Both the position numbers and the translations under genes were made by a program. From Schmidtea polychroa (lineage: Eukaryota): 64,000 nucleotides of DNA. The notes below the pieces were generated by a model that was not told where the DNA came from, ran no database searches, and worked only from the letters and a program-made list of their open reading frames with translations. Within the stretch, counting starts at the first letter, position 1. Every line of letters starts with the position of its first letter. The stretch covers positions 4,714,001 through 4,778,000 of the forward strand of contig CM097885.1 in assembly GCA_044892525.1 (NCBI GenBank), in the 5' to 3' direction. Shown here piece after piece: positions 13,589 through 25,796 of the stretch.

Positions 13589-14737
13589 TTATTTAATCAA
13601 TTGATTTTCGGATATCCAAGATGGAGTTTCATATCCATGCCATTTAACATAGTATTGTTTATATTTACCATCTTTTTTGGTTTTTAAAATCTTTTGAATT
13701 CTAAATATTGTAGGAGCAGGAATTACTTGGAGTTCTTGTTCATAGAATTTACCAGTGATTGGTTTGTTTTCATGATCAACTATCACATACATGACAGGAT
13801 TCTGTTTTGTATCGATTTTAAAAATTTGATATACTTCATCACTCCAATTATTATCAAAGTTTTTGATGAATGGTGAAGAATTGATTTTACTAATTCTTAC
13901 ATGATCACCAACCTTGTATTTCGGTTTATTGATTTTTTCTGACTTTGTTTGATTTTTAGTAAAATCTGCAGGTGTTTGTCCTTTTAATCCTCTGTGTGGT
14001 GAATGATTGTAACTGAAAATAATTTTTGGCAAAACATTTATCCAAGTTTTATTACCTTGATATACAAAATATTTTTTCAAGCGTTCTCTTAAAGTTCGAT
14101 TAAATCGTTCTACGTGAGCAGCTTTGAACTGAGAAAATACTGAGTAATGGTTTATTCCTTTGATAACCTCTTTAACTTTGCTGTTATAAAATTCTTTACC
14201 TAAATCATATATTTAAAAATTAATTAATTAAATTTAATTACCTAAATCCGTTTGTAAATTAATAGGTTTACCATCTCCAAACATTTCTTTTATCGCATCA
14301 GCCATTTCATTTGCAGATTTAGTTTTTGTAGGAACAGCACGAGCATATCTATTAAAAACATCTATACAAGTCAGAATATATTTGTACCCCTTGTTAATTT
14401 TTGAATAAGGTATCATTTCCATCAAATCCATTTGCCATACATCATTGTTTCCAATTGTTTTGTATGGTCTTGTTGGAAAACGTTTCAACATTGGTTTATT
14501 TAAACTATATGCTAATTGATTAGATAACCATTTCTGAGTTTCTTTCTTTGAATTATTCACTCGTTTTGTTAATTTTTCTACGTCACCAAAACCATCTGGA
14601 TCTTTTGGGTTTGTCCATATGGTTTTTAACTTTTTCTCTATTGTTTTCACTTTTTTCACTTTTGTTTTCACATTTGTTTTCACTTTTGTTTTCATTTTTT
14701 CCACTTTTGTGTTGGTTTTGTGATACGTTTCCTTCAT
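13589..14737 (-). CDS. Retroviral-like (rve) integrase with C-terminal chromodomain; two exons (14737..14242, 14199..13589)
   Basis: WQMDLM (D), QTDLG-KEFYN (D) restored by removing GT..AG 14241..14200, HVERFNRT (E), YYVKWHGY..SWI chromodomain; start codon uncertain. Confidence 0.9.
14200..14241 (-). other. Putative 42-nt spliceosomal intron in Polinton B integrase
   Basis: GTAATT...TTTAG on minus strand, contains in-frame TAA, removal restores the DxGxEF motif. Confidence 0.8.
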
Positions 14738-14806
14738 TATTACAACAAGTTGTCAAAATATTAAAATCTACAATATTTTTATTTGGTAATGAACTCTTGA
14801 TACCCA

Positions 14807-15178
14807 TTAAGAACTTAATGATGAGATTGCACTAATTGCAGATAAGACTATAGGAATTAGTGCACCCAAGAACCCTCCTTTTTGTTTATATATTATCTTT
14901 CTCATTAGACGACGATTTTTTGTATCAACTAGAGATAAAAGTGATCTTTTATGTCTTTGCAATACTAATCTTTTAGCTTTAGTTATATTTACATTACCGC
15001 GGACAACATTTATAATAACTTCAAGTAAATCATCAATAACAAATGATGGAAAAGACTGTAAAATTGATATTCGTTTCGAATTTGGTGCCTTTATTAAAGC
15101 ATTAAAATATGGTAAGCTCCGTTCAAATTTCATTATTATTATTAATTTACGCGACGGATTGTTTATAATTTGATCCAC
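14807..15178 (-). CDS. Polinton conserved protein with adenovirus pX-like C-terminal GGFL hydrophobic helix
   Basis: N..RGNV motif and QKGGFLGALIPIVLSAI tail; located between ATPase and integrase; start uncertain. Confidence 0.72.
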   Translation of the reverse strand: MDQIINNPSRKLIIIMKFERSLPYFNALIKAPNSKRISILQSFPSFVIDDLLEVIINVVRGNVNITKAKRLVLQRHKRSLLSLVDTKNRRLMRKIIYKQKGGFLGALIPIVLSAISAISSLSS

Positions 15179-15322
15179 TTCTTGATTTGTTTCTTAGTTT
15201 TTGTACTTTTTGTACTTTTTGTTTTCTTTGTACGTTTTGTTTTCTTGGTAATTTTCTTCGAAACACTTGGAAGATTTTTAACAACTACTTTTTTAAATGA
15301 CATGATTAATTTTATTTAGTTT

Positions 15323-15946
15323 TTAGTTTTGTTTATAAATCGTAACACCGTTTATATTAAAAATATCAGTTCTAATACGCATATCATCTGGACATTGTTG
15401 TGTAAAATCAAAAAATAAATATTCATGAGGAATTTTTGTCGCATCTTGGAATGAATCAATCAAAAATTTTCTATTATTTGGATAAGCTTGTCTTGCAAGA
15501 AAATCTATTATTGTTTGATCTCTAGGATTTTTGAAAATAATTAAATATTGGACATTTAAATTACGTGTTCTATGACTTCCACCTTGATGAAAAAGATTTT
15601 GTGTAATGAAAATAACTGTAACTCCGCAATGTCTACTGATTTTTGTAAATAAATTATTAAAATCTTTTTCTTTATTTGCTTCCTGGTACAGATCATCGAT
15701 AATAATAACATCACCTTGACGTAATCTAGATGACCAATTTTTATCAAATCCTTTAATTATTGTCATTTTTAATTTACAGAAACTGTTTTGAGTCAATCCA
15801 TGTTCTTCATCTGCACCTCGATGCCAATATATTTTATTAAATTTAGATTTAAACATGTTTGATTGTAATAAATTACATACAAATAAAGTTTTCCCGCGTC
15901 CACTAGGTCCTACTATTTGATATACTGCGTCATTTCTTAATTCCAT
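15323..15946 (-). CDS. A32/FtsK-like DNA packaging ATPase
   Basis: Walker A GPSGRGKT, Walker B IIIDD, SRH, ITQN, FKNPRD. Confidence 0.92.
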   Translation of the reverse strand: MELRNDAVYQIVGPSGRGKTLFVCNLLQSNMFKSKFNKIYWHRGADEEHGLTQNSFCKLKMTIIKGFDKNWSSRLRQGDVIIIDDLYQEANKEKDFNNLFTKISRHCGVTVIFITQNLFHQGGSHRTRNLNVQYLIIFKNPRDQTIIDFLARQAYPNNRKFLIDSFQDATKIPHEYLFFDFTQQCPDDMRIRTDIFNINGVTIYKQN

Positions 15947-15996
15947 TTTTTAATTAAATTATTTTATTTAATTTGTTTATAATTACAATAATTAGA

Positions 15997-16473
15997 ATGA
16001 TCAGCAACATTAATTATAGAGGAAGATGTGTAGTAAATGGAATGAAGTTCCCATCAGGAAAACCTCAACATGTCGTGGACAGAAGTGGAAAATATCCAAT
16101 TTTATTCTTCAAGAGCGGGAAATGTAGGATAATGGGATGTAAGAAACCATTACAGGAAGGCGATCTCAAATATCAGATTCAAGATTTACAAATCCAATCA
16201 ATTACATTAACGCTAGATATGGGTACATGCATTGATTTAAATGCATTGTCAAGAAAAACCGATAGTTACTACGAGCCTGAAATATTTCCAGCTTTACGTA
16301 TTCTCAAGTATAACCCCCTATGTGTAAATGTTTTTTCAAGTGGGAAAGTTGTTATATTAGGGATTAAAACATTTGATTATTTTAATCAAATTCAAGAAAT
16401 TCAGAAATTCATTAAATCATTAACTATAAATATCACAACAAATGAAGAAATATTGGAATATTTATTAAGTTAA
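15997..16473 (+). CDS. TATA-binding protein (TBP)-like protein carried by Polinton B
   Basis: Two TBP-like repeats: ILFFKSGKCRIMGCK and YEPEIFPAL...VNVFSSGKVVILG; first ATG at 15997; intronless. Confidence 0.8.
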   Translation: MISNINYRGRCVVNGMKFPSGKPQHVVDRSGKYPILFFKSGKCRIMGCKKPLQEGDLKYQIQDLQIQSITLTLDMGTCIDLNALSRKTDSYYEPEIFPALRILKYNPLCVNVFSSGKVVILGIKTFDYFNQIQEIQKFIKSLTINITTNEEILEYLLS

Positions 16474-16536
16474 TTAAATTAATTTAATTAATTGTGTTTA
16501 AATTAACTGAATATCTACAATAACAAAAATTCAAAA

Positions 16537-16884
16537 ATGGATGACGATAAGCAAGCTTACATATTCCAGACTATATTAACGAAGATGGAAGAATTGTTCC
16601 CGAATATAAGGAACAGACTTTCATATTGTGCTCCGGAATTATTAGCTTATAGAATCAAGCAATTAACGGGGATCAATATAGAAAAACTTATACGAAGACA
16701 TTTCGAATCTGTACAAGAATCAAGATTTAAATGCATAGACGATTGTGAAGTATGTATGGATCGGATGAAATTACCATGTCCGTTTAGATGTAGATGCTGC
16801 CAAGAATATAAGATGAAAGAAGTTGTTCATATTTTACTAGCAGAATTAAGAAGAGCTTATTACAAGCAAATATTGGATGAATAA
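16537..16884 (+). CDS. Hypothetical Cys-rich (putative Zn-binding) protein
   Basis: 115-aa ATG-initiated ORF with CIDDCEVC...CPFRCRCC. Confidence 0.6.
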   Translation: MDDDKQAYIFQTILTKMEELFPNIRNRLSYCAPELLAYRIKQLTGINIEKLIRRHFESVQESRFKCIDDCEVCMDRMKLPCPFRCRCCQEYKMKEVVHILLAELRRAYYKQILDE

Positions 16885-17016
16885 ATTTTATATCTTTACA
16901 TTTGTTATTTGTTTGTGTTTTATGTGTCTAGTTCATTTTTATGTATTTGGTCGATATATTATTATTATTTTTATTATTATTATTCCATAAAAATTTCCAT
17001 TAAAAATTACCATTGA

Positions 17017-18320
17017 AAATTTTCATTAAAAGTTATCTTAAAAATTTCCTTCTAAAATTATCATTGAAAAATATTTCATAAAAATTTCCATTAAAAATTA
17101 CTTAAAAAATTATTTCATAAAAATTTCCATTAAAAAATTTCAATTCTCAAACACCTTCAACTTTTTGTTAATAAATTTTAAAATCTTACTTTAATTTACT
17201 TATTTAAAAATTATTACTTATTTAAAATTTTTTACCATTGATTACTTAATTTAAAATTTAGACCTTAATTAACTTTAATTTAATTTTTAGAACCATTATT
17301 TACTTTAATTGAAAAATTTGGACCATAATTTACTGTAATTTAATTTTTTAGAACCATTATTTACTTTAATTGAAAAATTTGAGCCATAATTTACTTTAAT
17401 TTTAATTTTTGGATCATTATTTACTTTAATTGAAAAACTTGGACCATAATTTACTTTAATTTAAATTTTTGAGCCATTATTTACTGTAATTTAATTTTTT
17501 AGAACCATTATTTACTTTAATTTAAAAATTTGGACCATTATTTACTTTAATTGAAAAATTTACCACGTTTTTTAGTGTAGACCACCTTTTTCTCAGGACC
17601 AAGGAGACCCACCTCACTATAGTCTGAAAAATCCTTGGCTTTTTTAGTGTAGACCAGCTTTTTGTATTGAAAATATCCTGAGACCTTAAATTACCATGCT
17701 TTTTTATTGTAGACCAGCTTTTTGTGTTGAAAAATTTTTTTTTTGTATTGAAAATCCTAGGACCATCGTTTTTGTATTGAAAAATTTTTTGTATTGAAAA
17801 TCCCAGGACCATCGTTTTTGTATTGAAATTTTTTTTTTTGTATTGAAAATCCCAGGACCATCGTGACCCCCCCACTATAGTCTGAAAATTCTATGCTTTT
17901 TTATTGATAGCCGGATTTTTGTATTGAAAAAAATTTTTTGTATTGAAAATCCCAGGACCATCGAGACCCCCTCACTATAGTCTGAAAATTCCTTGGCTTT
18001 TTTAGTGTAGACCAGCTTTTTGTATTGAAAAAAATTTTTTGTATTGAAAATCCCAGGACCATCGAGACCCCTCACTATAGTCTGAAAATTCCTTGGCTTT
18101 TTTAGTGTAGACCAGCTTTTTGTATTGAAAAAAATTTTTTGTATTGAAAATCCCAGGACCATCGAGACCCCCTCACTATCACAATAAAAAAAAATTTGGA
18201 CCAAAAATCCCTGAAAGCAAAAAAATGAGTTGGGAACAATTGCGTAATAAAAAGTTGGGAACAACTCCCCCCCCCCCCCCCCGGGGGGTAATTGTTCCCG
18301 TGGGCTACTATCTACCTACT
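17017..18320 (-). repeat. Right TIR of Polinton B
   Basis: Reverse complement of left TIR with different sub-repeat copy numbers; ends GGGCTACTATCTACCTACT. Confidence 0.88.
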
Positions 18321-19000
18321 TTTATAACATTTTTAGATTTAAAGGGTGTAGGAATATAAGATTTAGGACTAGGTGGTAATCCTCTCCAATAATCAATCAC
18401 TAAAGTTTGGAAAGAGTTGAATACTAAGTTTGAATCTCCTATTTCATTTTCAACCTCTTCTTGTTTTGCTTCTACTGCTTGAATTATTTCTTTGATGGTT
18501 TTATCAAATCCTTTAGTTGAAAATAAATATTTAAAGGGTATTCCAATTTCAACATCTAAAGGTGTTGTCTTTTCTTCTGCTCCTCGCCAGTATTTTGCTT
18601 TGATTATAATTTTATATTTTATAACATTATACCTTGTCGGTTTATAATTTTTTAAAGCTTCAGTGAAAGAATTTTTAATATTTTTTTTATTTTATTTATA
18701 TATTCTCCAGGAGTTATAGGTCCATTGATTTCTAATTGAAATTCATCTACATGATTAAAATCATCCCAGTTATCATTTCTCTCTCTAACATGATCAGGTT
18801 CTCCTTCTGAATGACATTCCTCATCGTCAGAATTTTGTTTTTTATTTTTACATTCTTTTATATGTTCTAAATAATAGAAATTTACTTTTGTTGTAAAGTT
18901 ACAATGAGGACATGTAAATATTTCTCTATTTTTCCCGATACAATTTTCAAAATGTTTATTATATCCAGAATGTAGAAATCTTCCTTTACATTTAGGACAA
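18321..19000 (-). pseudogene. N-terminal part of A1 pPolB (C2H2 fingers), frameshifted, start deleted
   Basis: Matches 53948..54628; frame lost near 18690; joined to TIR sequence at 19000. Confidence 0.9.
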
Positions 19001-19255
19001 TTATCGCCACCTGTCTTTCGAACACCCCCGGATCGATTCTTTAATGTGCACATTTATTTCTCAGTTGTTTTCGGACCTCTTTCGGATTCACTTTCGAATT
19101 CATTTGTACTTTCGAGCAGCACGCTTAAAACGCCGATGAAATCGTATTCGAGCGAGAAGCGAATAATAAGGTGTGCTGCTATTATCGGATTGATTCTGAT
19201 GTATGAGTCTGGCCAGCTTGTATATTGGAAGAGATTTCATAAACGAAAGAGGTTG

Positions 19256-22142
19256 TTAGACAATATAGAAATAGGACATCCAGTTATAATTTATCCGACT
19301 TAATATATAATCCGTTAGATTAACCCATGAAATTAAAAGACATTAGAAAATTTTAGGCCAAAAATCCCGGCTTAATAATTAACGTTTTTTCTTATGACAA
19401 TAGCAAACAATTAACAGATCCACATTTAGACATTATACATCGTTCCAAAGTTTTAAATGGAACTGTAATTAATTTACTACTATTAAATAAAGGAAACAAT
19501 TTCCATTACGTTGCTATAAGTAATTTAAATAGGTTATTGAATTGTGGTATCAACACTACTTGTCACACACGCATACAATCATTATGGTGCCATCGGTGTT
19601 TGAATGGTTTTAAAAATAGAAACGCACTGGAAAAACATGAAATATTATGTAAACGTAATCAATTAGGAACAACTCTTTACACTTTCCCTCAAAATAAATT
19701 ATTGCAGTTTACTGACTGGTCGAAAACAGTAACTCCTCCTTTTGTAGTTTATGCCGATTTTGAGGCTATTTTACCTTCTGATAATCTTCATTTCCAACAA
19801 CACATGCCAATATCTGCTGGTCTTTTACTTGTAAATAACTTTGATGGATCTAAATCATATCAACAGTTCATAGGTTTAGATTACGTCGAGAGTTTTTTAA
19901 GTGCTATAGAGGATATAGCATTAAATAAGGTTCTTCCTTTTTATTATAAAATGGGTAGGAAACCTATGATTAAATTAACGAAAATTGAACAACATCAATT
20001 TCTTAGTGCTTCCGTTTGCTATCTTTGTTTGAAATCTATCGTCGATCCTGTTAGAGATCACGATCATTTTACGGGGAAATACTTGGGTGCAGCTTGTAGC
20101 ACTTGTAACATAAATAGGAAAATAAATAAAATTTTGCCTATCGTATTTCATAACTTGAAGGGATACGATATGCATCATATACTTAAATACGGATTAAATA
20201 AATTTAAAATTGGACTTTAGGTTGCATCCCAATAACGACTGAAAAATTTATTTCTTTGATTGCTCATTAAGGCAAAATTAGCTTAAGATTCATTGATTCT
20301 TATCAATTTGTCAATGATTCTTTAGCTAAAGCAGTCAAAACTTTGAATTCTTTGCCTTTTACTAATTCTGTTTTTTCTGGTACTATAGTTTCTGAAAAAG
20401 GAATCTTCCCTTATAATTTCGCCACTTCTTTAGATATTCTCCAAACTAATTATGAATTACCACCAATCTGGGAGGGTGTCACTGAGCTTGAGTATGAAAA
20501 AGCTCAGGAGATTTGGGTAGAAACTAACTGCGTAACTTTATTAGATTATATGATGATCTACCTAAAACTTGATTGTTTTCTTTTGGCTGATTTCTTTCAT
20601 CAGTTTCGGTTGAAATCCATTGCTCACAATAGATTGGAACCATTGAATTATTTCGGAATTCCAGGTATGTCTTGGTCTTCTGCATTAATGTCTTTAAATG
20701 AACCAATTGAGCTCATAACTGAAAACGAAATGTTTAGCTTTTATGAGGGTGGAATAAGAGGCGGTCTTACTTTTGTGAATAAGCATTACGTAAAAACCGA
20801 CGAGAACACCGAGTTACTTTATATAGATATTAATAATCTTTATGGTTGGGCTTTAAGTCAATCATTACCTTGTGGCGAATTTAGTTGGGTTCTTCATGGA
20901 TTTGATTTAATAATGGATGAATGTAGGAATTTAAATCTTGAATCTTTGTCTTATGGATACACTCTTGAAGTTGATCTTGTAATTCCATCTGAGCTTCATG
21001 ATAAGTTGGATGATTTCCCTGTAGCTGCTGAAAAAATGAAACCTGTTGGGTCTAAGGTTGAAAAATTATTATTAACTCATCTTCCAAAATCTAATTATGT
21101 GATTCATTGGAGATTATTAAAATTATATTTGGAACTTGGTGTTAAAGTAACACGTGTAAATAGGGGTGTAAGATTTAAGCAATCTCCAATTTTTAAAAAA
21201 TATATAGATACAAATACAGAATTAAGGTCAAAAAGCATAAATAACTTAGATAAAAATTATTATAAATTGCTAAATAACAGTTTATACGGCAAAACAGTTG
21301 AAAATTTAAAGAGAAGAATGAATCTTCGTCTTTGTACAACTGCCGGTAAACTTGTTAAATATTCTTCGAAGCCAACTTTTAAAAAATCTATTAAAATAGA
21401 CGATAATTTAATCGCGGCATTATTGAATTCAGATTCTATATGTTTAGATAGACCAAGTTACATTGGTCAATCTGTACTTGATCTATCTAAACTTAGAATG
21501 TATGAATTGCAATATAAGGATCTGGAATCATTTCGCAATGAGTTTAATTGTAAAATTAATATCGTTGCAGGTAATACAGATTCGTTTTTCCTCGAAGTCA
21601 TTAACTGTAAACTTGAGGTTCTTTTACCTGCAATGATTTGAGATAATTTATTGGATACTTCCAATTACAATAGTTGTCATTCCTTATATAGTAAGAACCT
21701 TGATTCAGTCATTGGAAAGTTCAAAGACGAGAATAAAGGTCTTAAATATAAGGAATGGGTTTTTCTTAGACCTAAATGTTATAGCTTGTTGGGTGATGAG
21801 GAAACAAAAAAGGCTAAAGGTGTAACATTGAAAGGTAGTGACATAAAACATCAGTCATACCTGGATTGTTATAACACTAACCAGATTTTTTCGGTTCCTC
21901 AGACTAAAATAACAAGCAAAAATCATCAAATTTTTACAATTAAAAACACAAAAATAGCACTAACTAACAAAGATGACAAAAGGGTTTGGGTGGGGAAAAA
22001 TACTAGTCTTGCATATGGGCATGTAAGATTAAGTGAATTAAATGTTGGAGAAAATGATGGAGAAGATGAGGAAGAATTAAATGAAGATTTTGGAGAAGAT
22101 GACATCGATATCGATGACGTTATTTTGTCCGATGAGGACTAA
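19256..22142 (+). pseudogene. pPolB of Polinton D (B-related family), 5'-truncated, with frameshift and stops
   Basis: YADFE, DHDHFTGKYLGAAC..CN, FHNLKGYD, YIDINNLYG, KLLNNSLYGK, GNTDS, KGV, DDKR spread over ORFs 19537, 20343 and 21651. Confidence 0.93.
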
Positions 22143-22329
22143 TTTTATTGAATAAATTTTATATCTTTACATTTGTTATTTGGTAAATTTTTATGTTTGT
22201 TATGTGTCTAGTTCATTTTTATGTGTTTAGTTAATGTTTATATGTTTTGTTATGTGTCTAGTTATTTTTATGTGTTTAGTTAATTTTTTATGTGTTGTAT
22301 AGTATTTGGTTGATATATTATTAATATTA

Positions 22330-22373
<44 letters not shown>

Positions 22374-23574
22374 TCATAAAAATTTTCATTAAAAATTATC
22401 TTAAAAATTATTCTATTAAAATTTCCATTAAAAATTATCATTGAAAAATATTTCATTAAAATTTCTATTAAAAATTAATTAAAAAATTTATTTCATAAAA
22501 ATTTCCATTAAAAATTACCATTGAAAAATATTTCATAAAAATTTCCATTAAAAATTATCTTAAAAAATTATTTCATAAAAATTTTCATTAAAAAATTTCA
22601 ATTCTCAAACACCTTCTATTTTTTGTTAATAAATTTAAAAATCTTACTTTAATTTACTTATTACATTACTTTAATTTACTTATTTAAAAATTATTACTTT
22701 AATTTACTTATTTAAAAATTATTACTTTAATTTACTTATTTAAAAATTATTACTTTAATTTACTTATTTAACTTTAATTTAAATTTTTTTTACCATTGAT
22801 TATTTAATTTTTTAGAACCTTAATTTAGTTATTTGTGCCCATTCATTACTTTAATTTAATTTTTTAGGACCATTATTTACTTTAATTGAAAAATTTGGAC
22901 CATAATTTACTTTAATTTAATTTTTTAGAACCATTATTTACTTAATTTAAAAATTTGAACCTTAATTTACTTAGTTGAGCCCTTAATTAACTTTAATTTT
23001 AAATTTTGAACAATTATTTACTTTAATTTAATATTTTAGAAATTAAATTTACTTTAATTTAAAAATTTGGACCATAATTTACTTTAATTGAAAAATCTTA
23101 GCCCATAATTTACTTATTTAGACCATAATTTACTTTATTTCAAAAAAAAATCTGAACCTTGATTTACTTAAATTTTTTAGACCCATCATTTACTTTATTT
23201 TTAAATTTTAGACCCATAATTTGCTTTATTTTAAAAATTTACTATGCGTTTTTAATGTAAACCACCTTTTCTATTGAAATTCTCATGACCATCGAGACCC
23301 CTTCACTATTGTGTGAAAAATCCATGCTTTTTTATTGAAGACTACCTTTTTCTATTGAAATTCTCAGGACCAAGGAGACCCACCCAAATAATATTTATCC
23401 TTGGCTTGTTTATTGAAAAAAAAAAATATGTATTTAAAATCCCAGAAAACATTGGGCATTATGGCAACAATTATGTAATCAAAAAATGTCTAGGAAAAAG
23501 TTATGCAATCAAAATTTTGCAACATTTTTTACCCCCCCCCCCCTATTGTTCCCGTAAGCTACTAACTACCTACT
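19256..23574 (+). mobile_element. Polinton D right half (pPolB plus right TIR)
   Basis: Ends GTTCCCGTAAGCTACTAACTACCTACT at 23574, similar to the B terminus; TIR sub-repeats similar to B; left end absent. Confidence 0.87.
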
Positions 23575-25095
23575 AGAGTAGGTTCATTTTTCACCACTTC
23601 AAAACAAATTGTAATGTTGTGAATTTTTTCAAAGAACTGAATGGCAGTACGTGGTCGATAAAATTGAGTTTTCTTTCCTGAATGATGTTTGACGATGTTG
23701 GCTCCGTTAAGCCAATTGAAGCTTTTTTGTATTGATGGTTGGTTATTTCCAAGCCTAGGTCCAGTGACAAACTTTAATGAGTCGACATTAATCCTTCTAA
23801 TATATTCACTATTTGATGTAAATAGTCTGAAAAAATGACTTACCGTCTGTATGTGGTATTCATCAAGGAGATCAGTACAAGATGCACCACCATTTTCAAT
23901 GGAGTTATAAAAATAGCTAATTTCAGATTGATCGGGCAAATTCATCATCTTTCTCAAGTGACAGCGAAGTTGTGTAGTGCAATTACCGAGGTTTGCTGAA
24001 AGAGCTTTAATCTTAATTTCTCTAGTTCGAAAAGGGAACACTAAACGAGAGTGAAGGAAGACTTTGTATGCTTTCAATTTTTGCCATCCAAATAAATCAG
24101 AATCTGCTAGTTTCTTTGTATCACTAACTACTTTATTTAATATTTCATAAAGACTTTGGTCAAGTTCTTCTCCGATTGGTAAATTTCTTTTGTTAATAAT
24201 TTATTTATTTTAATATTGTCAATTGACACTTCACTAACAGTGTCAATATTTGGCAACTGGATGAAAGCACATTTTTCAGGTTGGTATTCAAACTCAATTT
24301 CACAAGCTGTATCGAAAGCAACTTTTATGATATTTTGCTAATCATGAGTATTATTAGCGATAAGAGCGACATCATCAGCATATGCGAGAACTTGGATCGA
24401 AGAATCGCCAATTTTGAAAGGTTCAACTAACAGCTAGGAGAACAGGATTAATTGAAATTGCGAACAAAATCATGGAAAGAGGACATCCTTGTTTGACTCC
24501 TTGCTTTATTGAAATATTCGGAGTTACTATCGGACCACAAGTGTAGAAGGAGCTGGTATCAGTGTATAATAGTTTTAAAGTGTTCGTGAATTTTTCACAA
24601 ACCCCAATATGTCGCAAAATCTTCCACAAGTAATCATGGGGTACACTACCAAAAACATCTTTGATGTCAAGAAACCCAATAGCAATTGGTCTATTTTTAA
24701 TATATTTTGAGTGTTCCAGACAACCATCGTGTACAGAACCACCTTTTTGTCTGATATGAAGTAGATTGTTTTGTTTTACCCATGTTGTAAGGTGTCTGGC
24801 TAAAATCGTCGCAAATATCTTATAGACCACCGATAACAAAGCAATAGGGCGCCAATAAGAAATCAAAGTATATTTATCTCCCTTGTTAGGTTTAGGAATC
24901 ATCAGAGTCTTAAGAGATTTCCAAACATCCGGCACAGTATTTTCTGTTATGAGTTTGTTATAAAGAAGAGTCAACAATTTACCCTCTGGATCAAGAATTG
25001 CAATATCCATATATTGAATTCCATCAAGTCCAGGAGATGTATTATCAGCTATTTTTAATTCAAAAACAACCTCCTTATCTACTATCGGTCGGAGT
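23575..25095 (-). pseudogene. Non-LTR retrotransposon reverse transcriptase (R2/NeSL-like), degraded, cut by Polinton D
   Basis: SPGLDGI, WRPIALL, GVKQGCPLS, VLAYADD (~24370..24390), thumb region in ORF 23562..24077; clade assignment tentative. Confidence 0.88.
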
Positions 25096-25280
25096 AGAAG
25101 AATTATTTTAGATTTTAATCCAAATTTTTAGACATTATCATAGTTGATATAGTTGTAAGTATTTGGTTGTAAGTATCTGGTTGACCTTTTAAATTTTGAC
25201 TTAAACATATTTGATTTTAATAATTTAGGAATTGTGGGGTTTTGGCCTTTGGTAATTTAGGGATAAATAGGTAAATTATA

Positions 25281-25796
25281 AGTAGGTAGTTAGTAGCCCG
25301 CTGGAACAATTACCACCCCCGGTGGGGGGGGGGGGTAAATTGTTCCAACTTTTTATAACGCAATTGTTCCAACTCACATTTTTTGCTTTCAGGGATTTTT
25401 AGTCCAAATTTTTTTTTATCACACTAGAATGAGGGGGTCGACGGTCCTGGGATTTTCAATACAAAAAGGCGGTCTTCAATAAAAAGGATGGAATTTTCAC
25501 ACTATAGTGAGGGGGTCTCCTTGTCCTGAGAATTTCAATAGAAAAGGCGGTCTACACTAAAAAAGCCAAGGATTATTCAGACTATAGTGAGGGGGTCTCG
25601 ATTGATCTAGGGATTTTCAATACAAAAAAATTTTTCAATACAAAAATCTGACTATCAATAAAAAAGCCAAGGATTATTCACACTATAGTGAAGGGGTCTC
25701 GATGGTCCTGGGATTTTCAATACAAAAAAAAATCTTTTGAATACAAAAAGGCGATCTTCAATAAAAAGCATGGAATTTTCATACTATATTGAGGGG
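25281..25796 (+). mobile_element. Left terminus of another B-related Polinton (E), truncated
   Basis: AGTAGGTAGTTAGTAGCCCGCTGGAACAATTACC followed by B-type TIR sub-repeats. Confidence 0.85.

Larger units (their letters stand above)
3073..18320. mobile_element. Polinton B, both ends intact, internally deleted (15,248 bp), 6-bp TSD TTTATA
   Basis: Termini AGTAGGTAGATAGTAGCCCACGGGAACAATTACCCC and its reverse complement; TTTATA at 3067..3072 and 18321..18326; single TTTATA at the empty site in A2 (53948..53953); Polinton core genes inside. Confidence 0.96.
1..19255 (-). mobile_element. Polinton/Maverick family A, copy A1 (partial; interrupted by Polinton B; right TIR truncated)
   Basis: 1..3072 and 18327..19000 align almost identically to the pPolB of A2 (51038..54628); 19001..19255 matches A2 right TIR 55092..55345. 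Confidence 0.93.
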
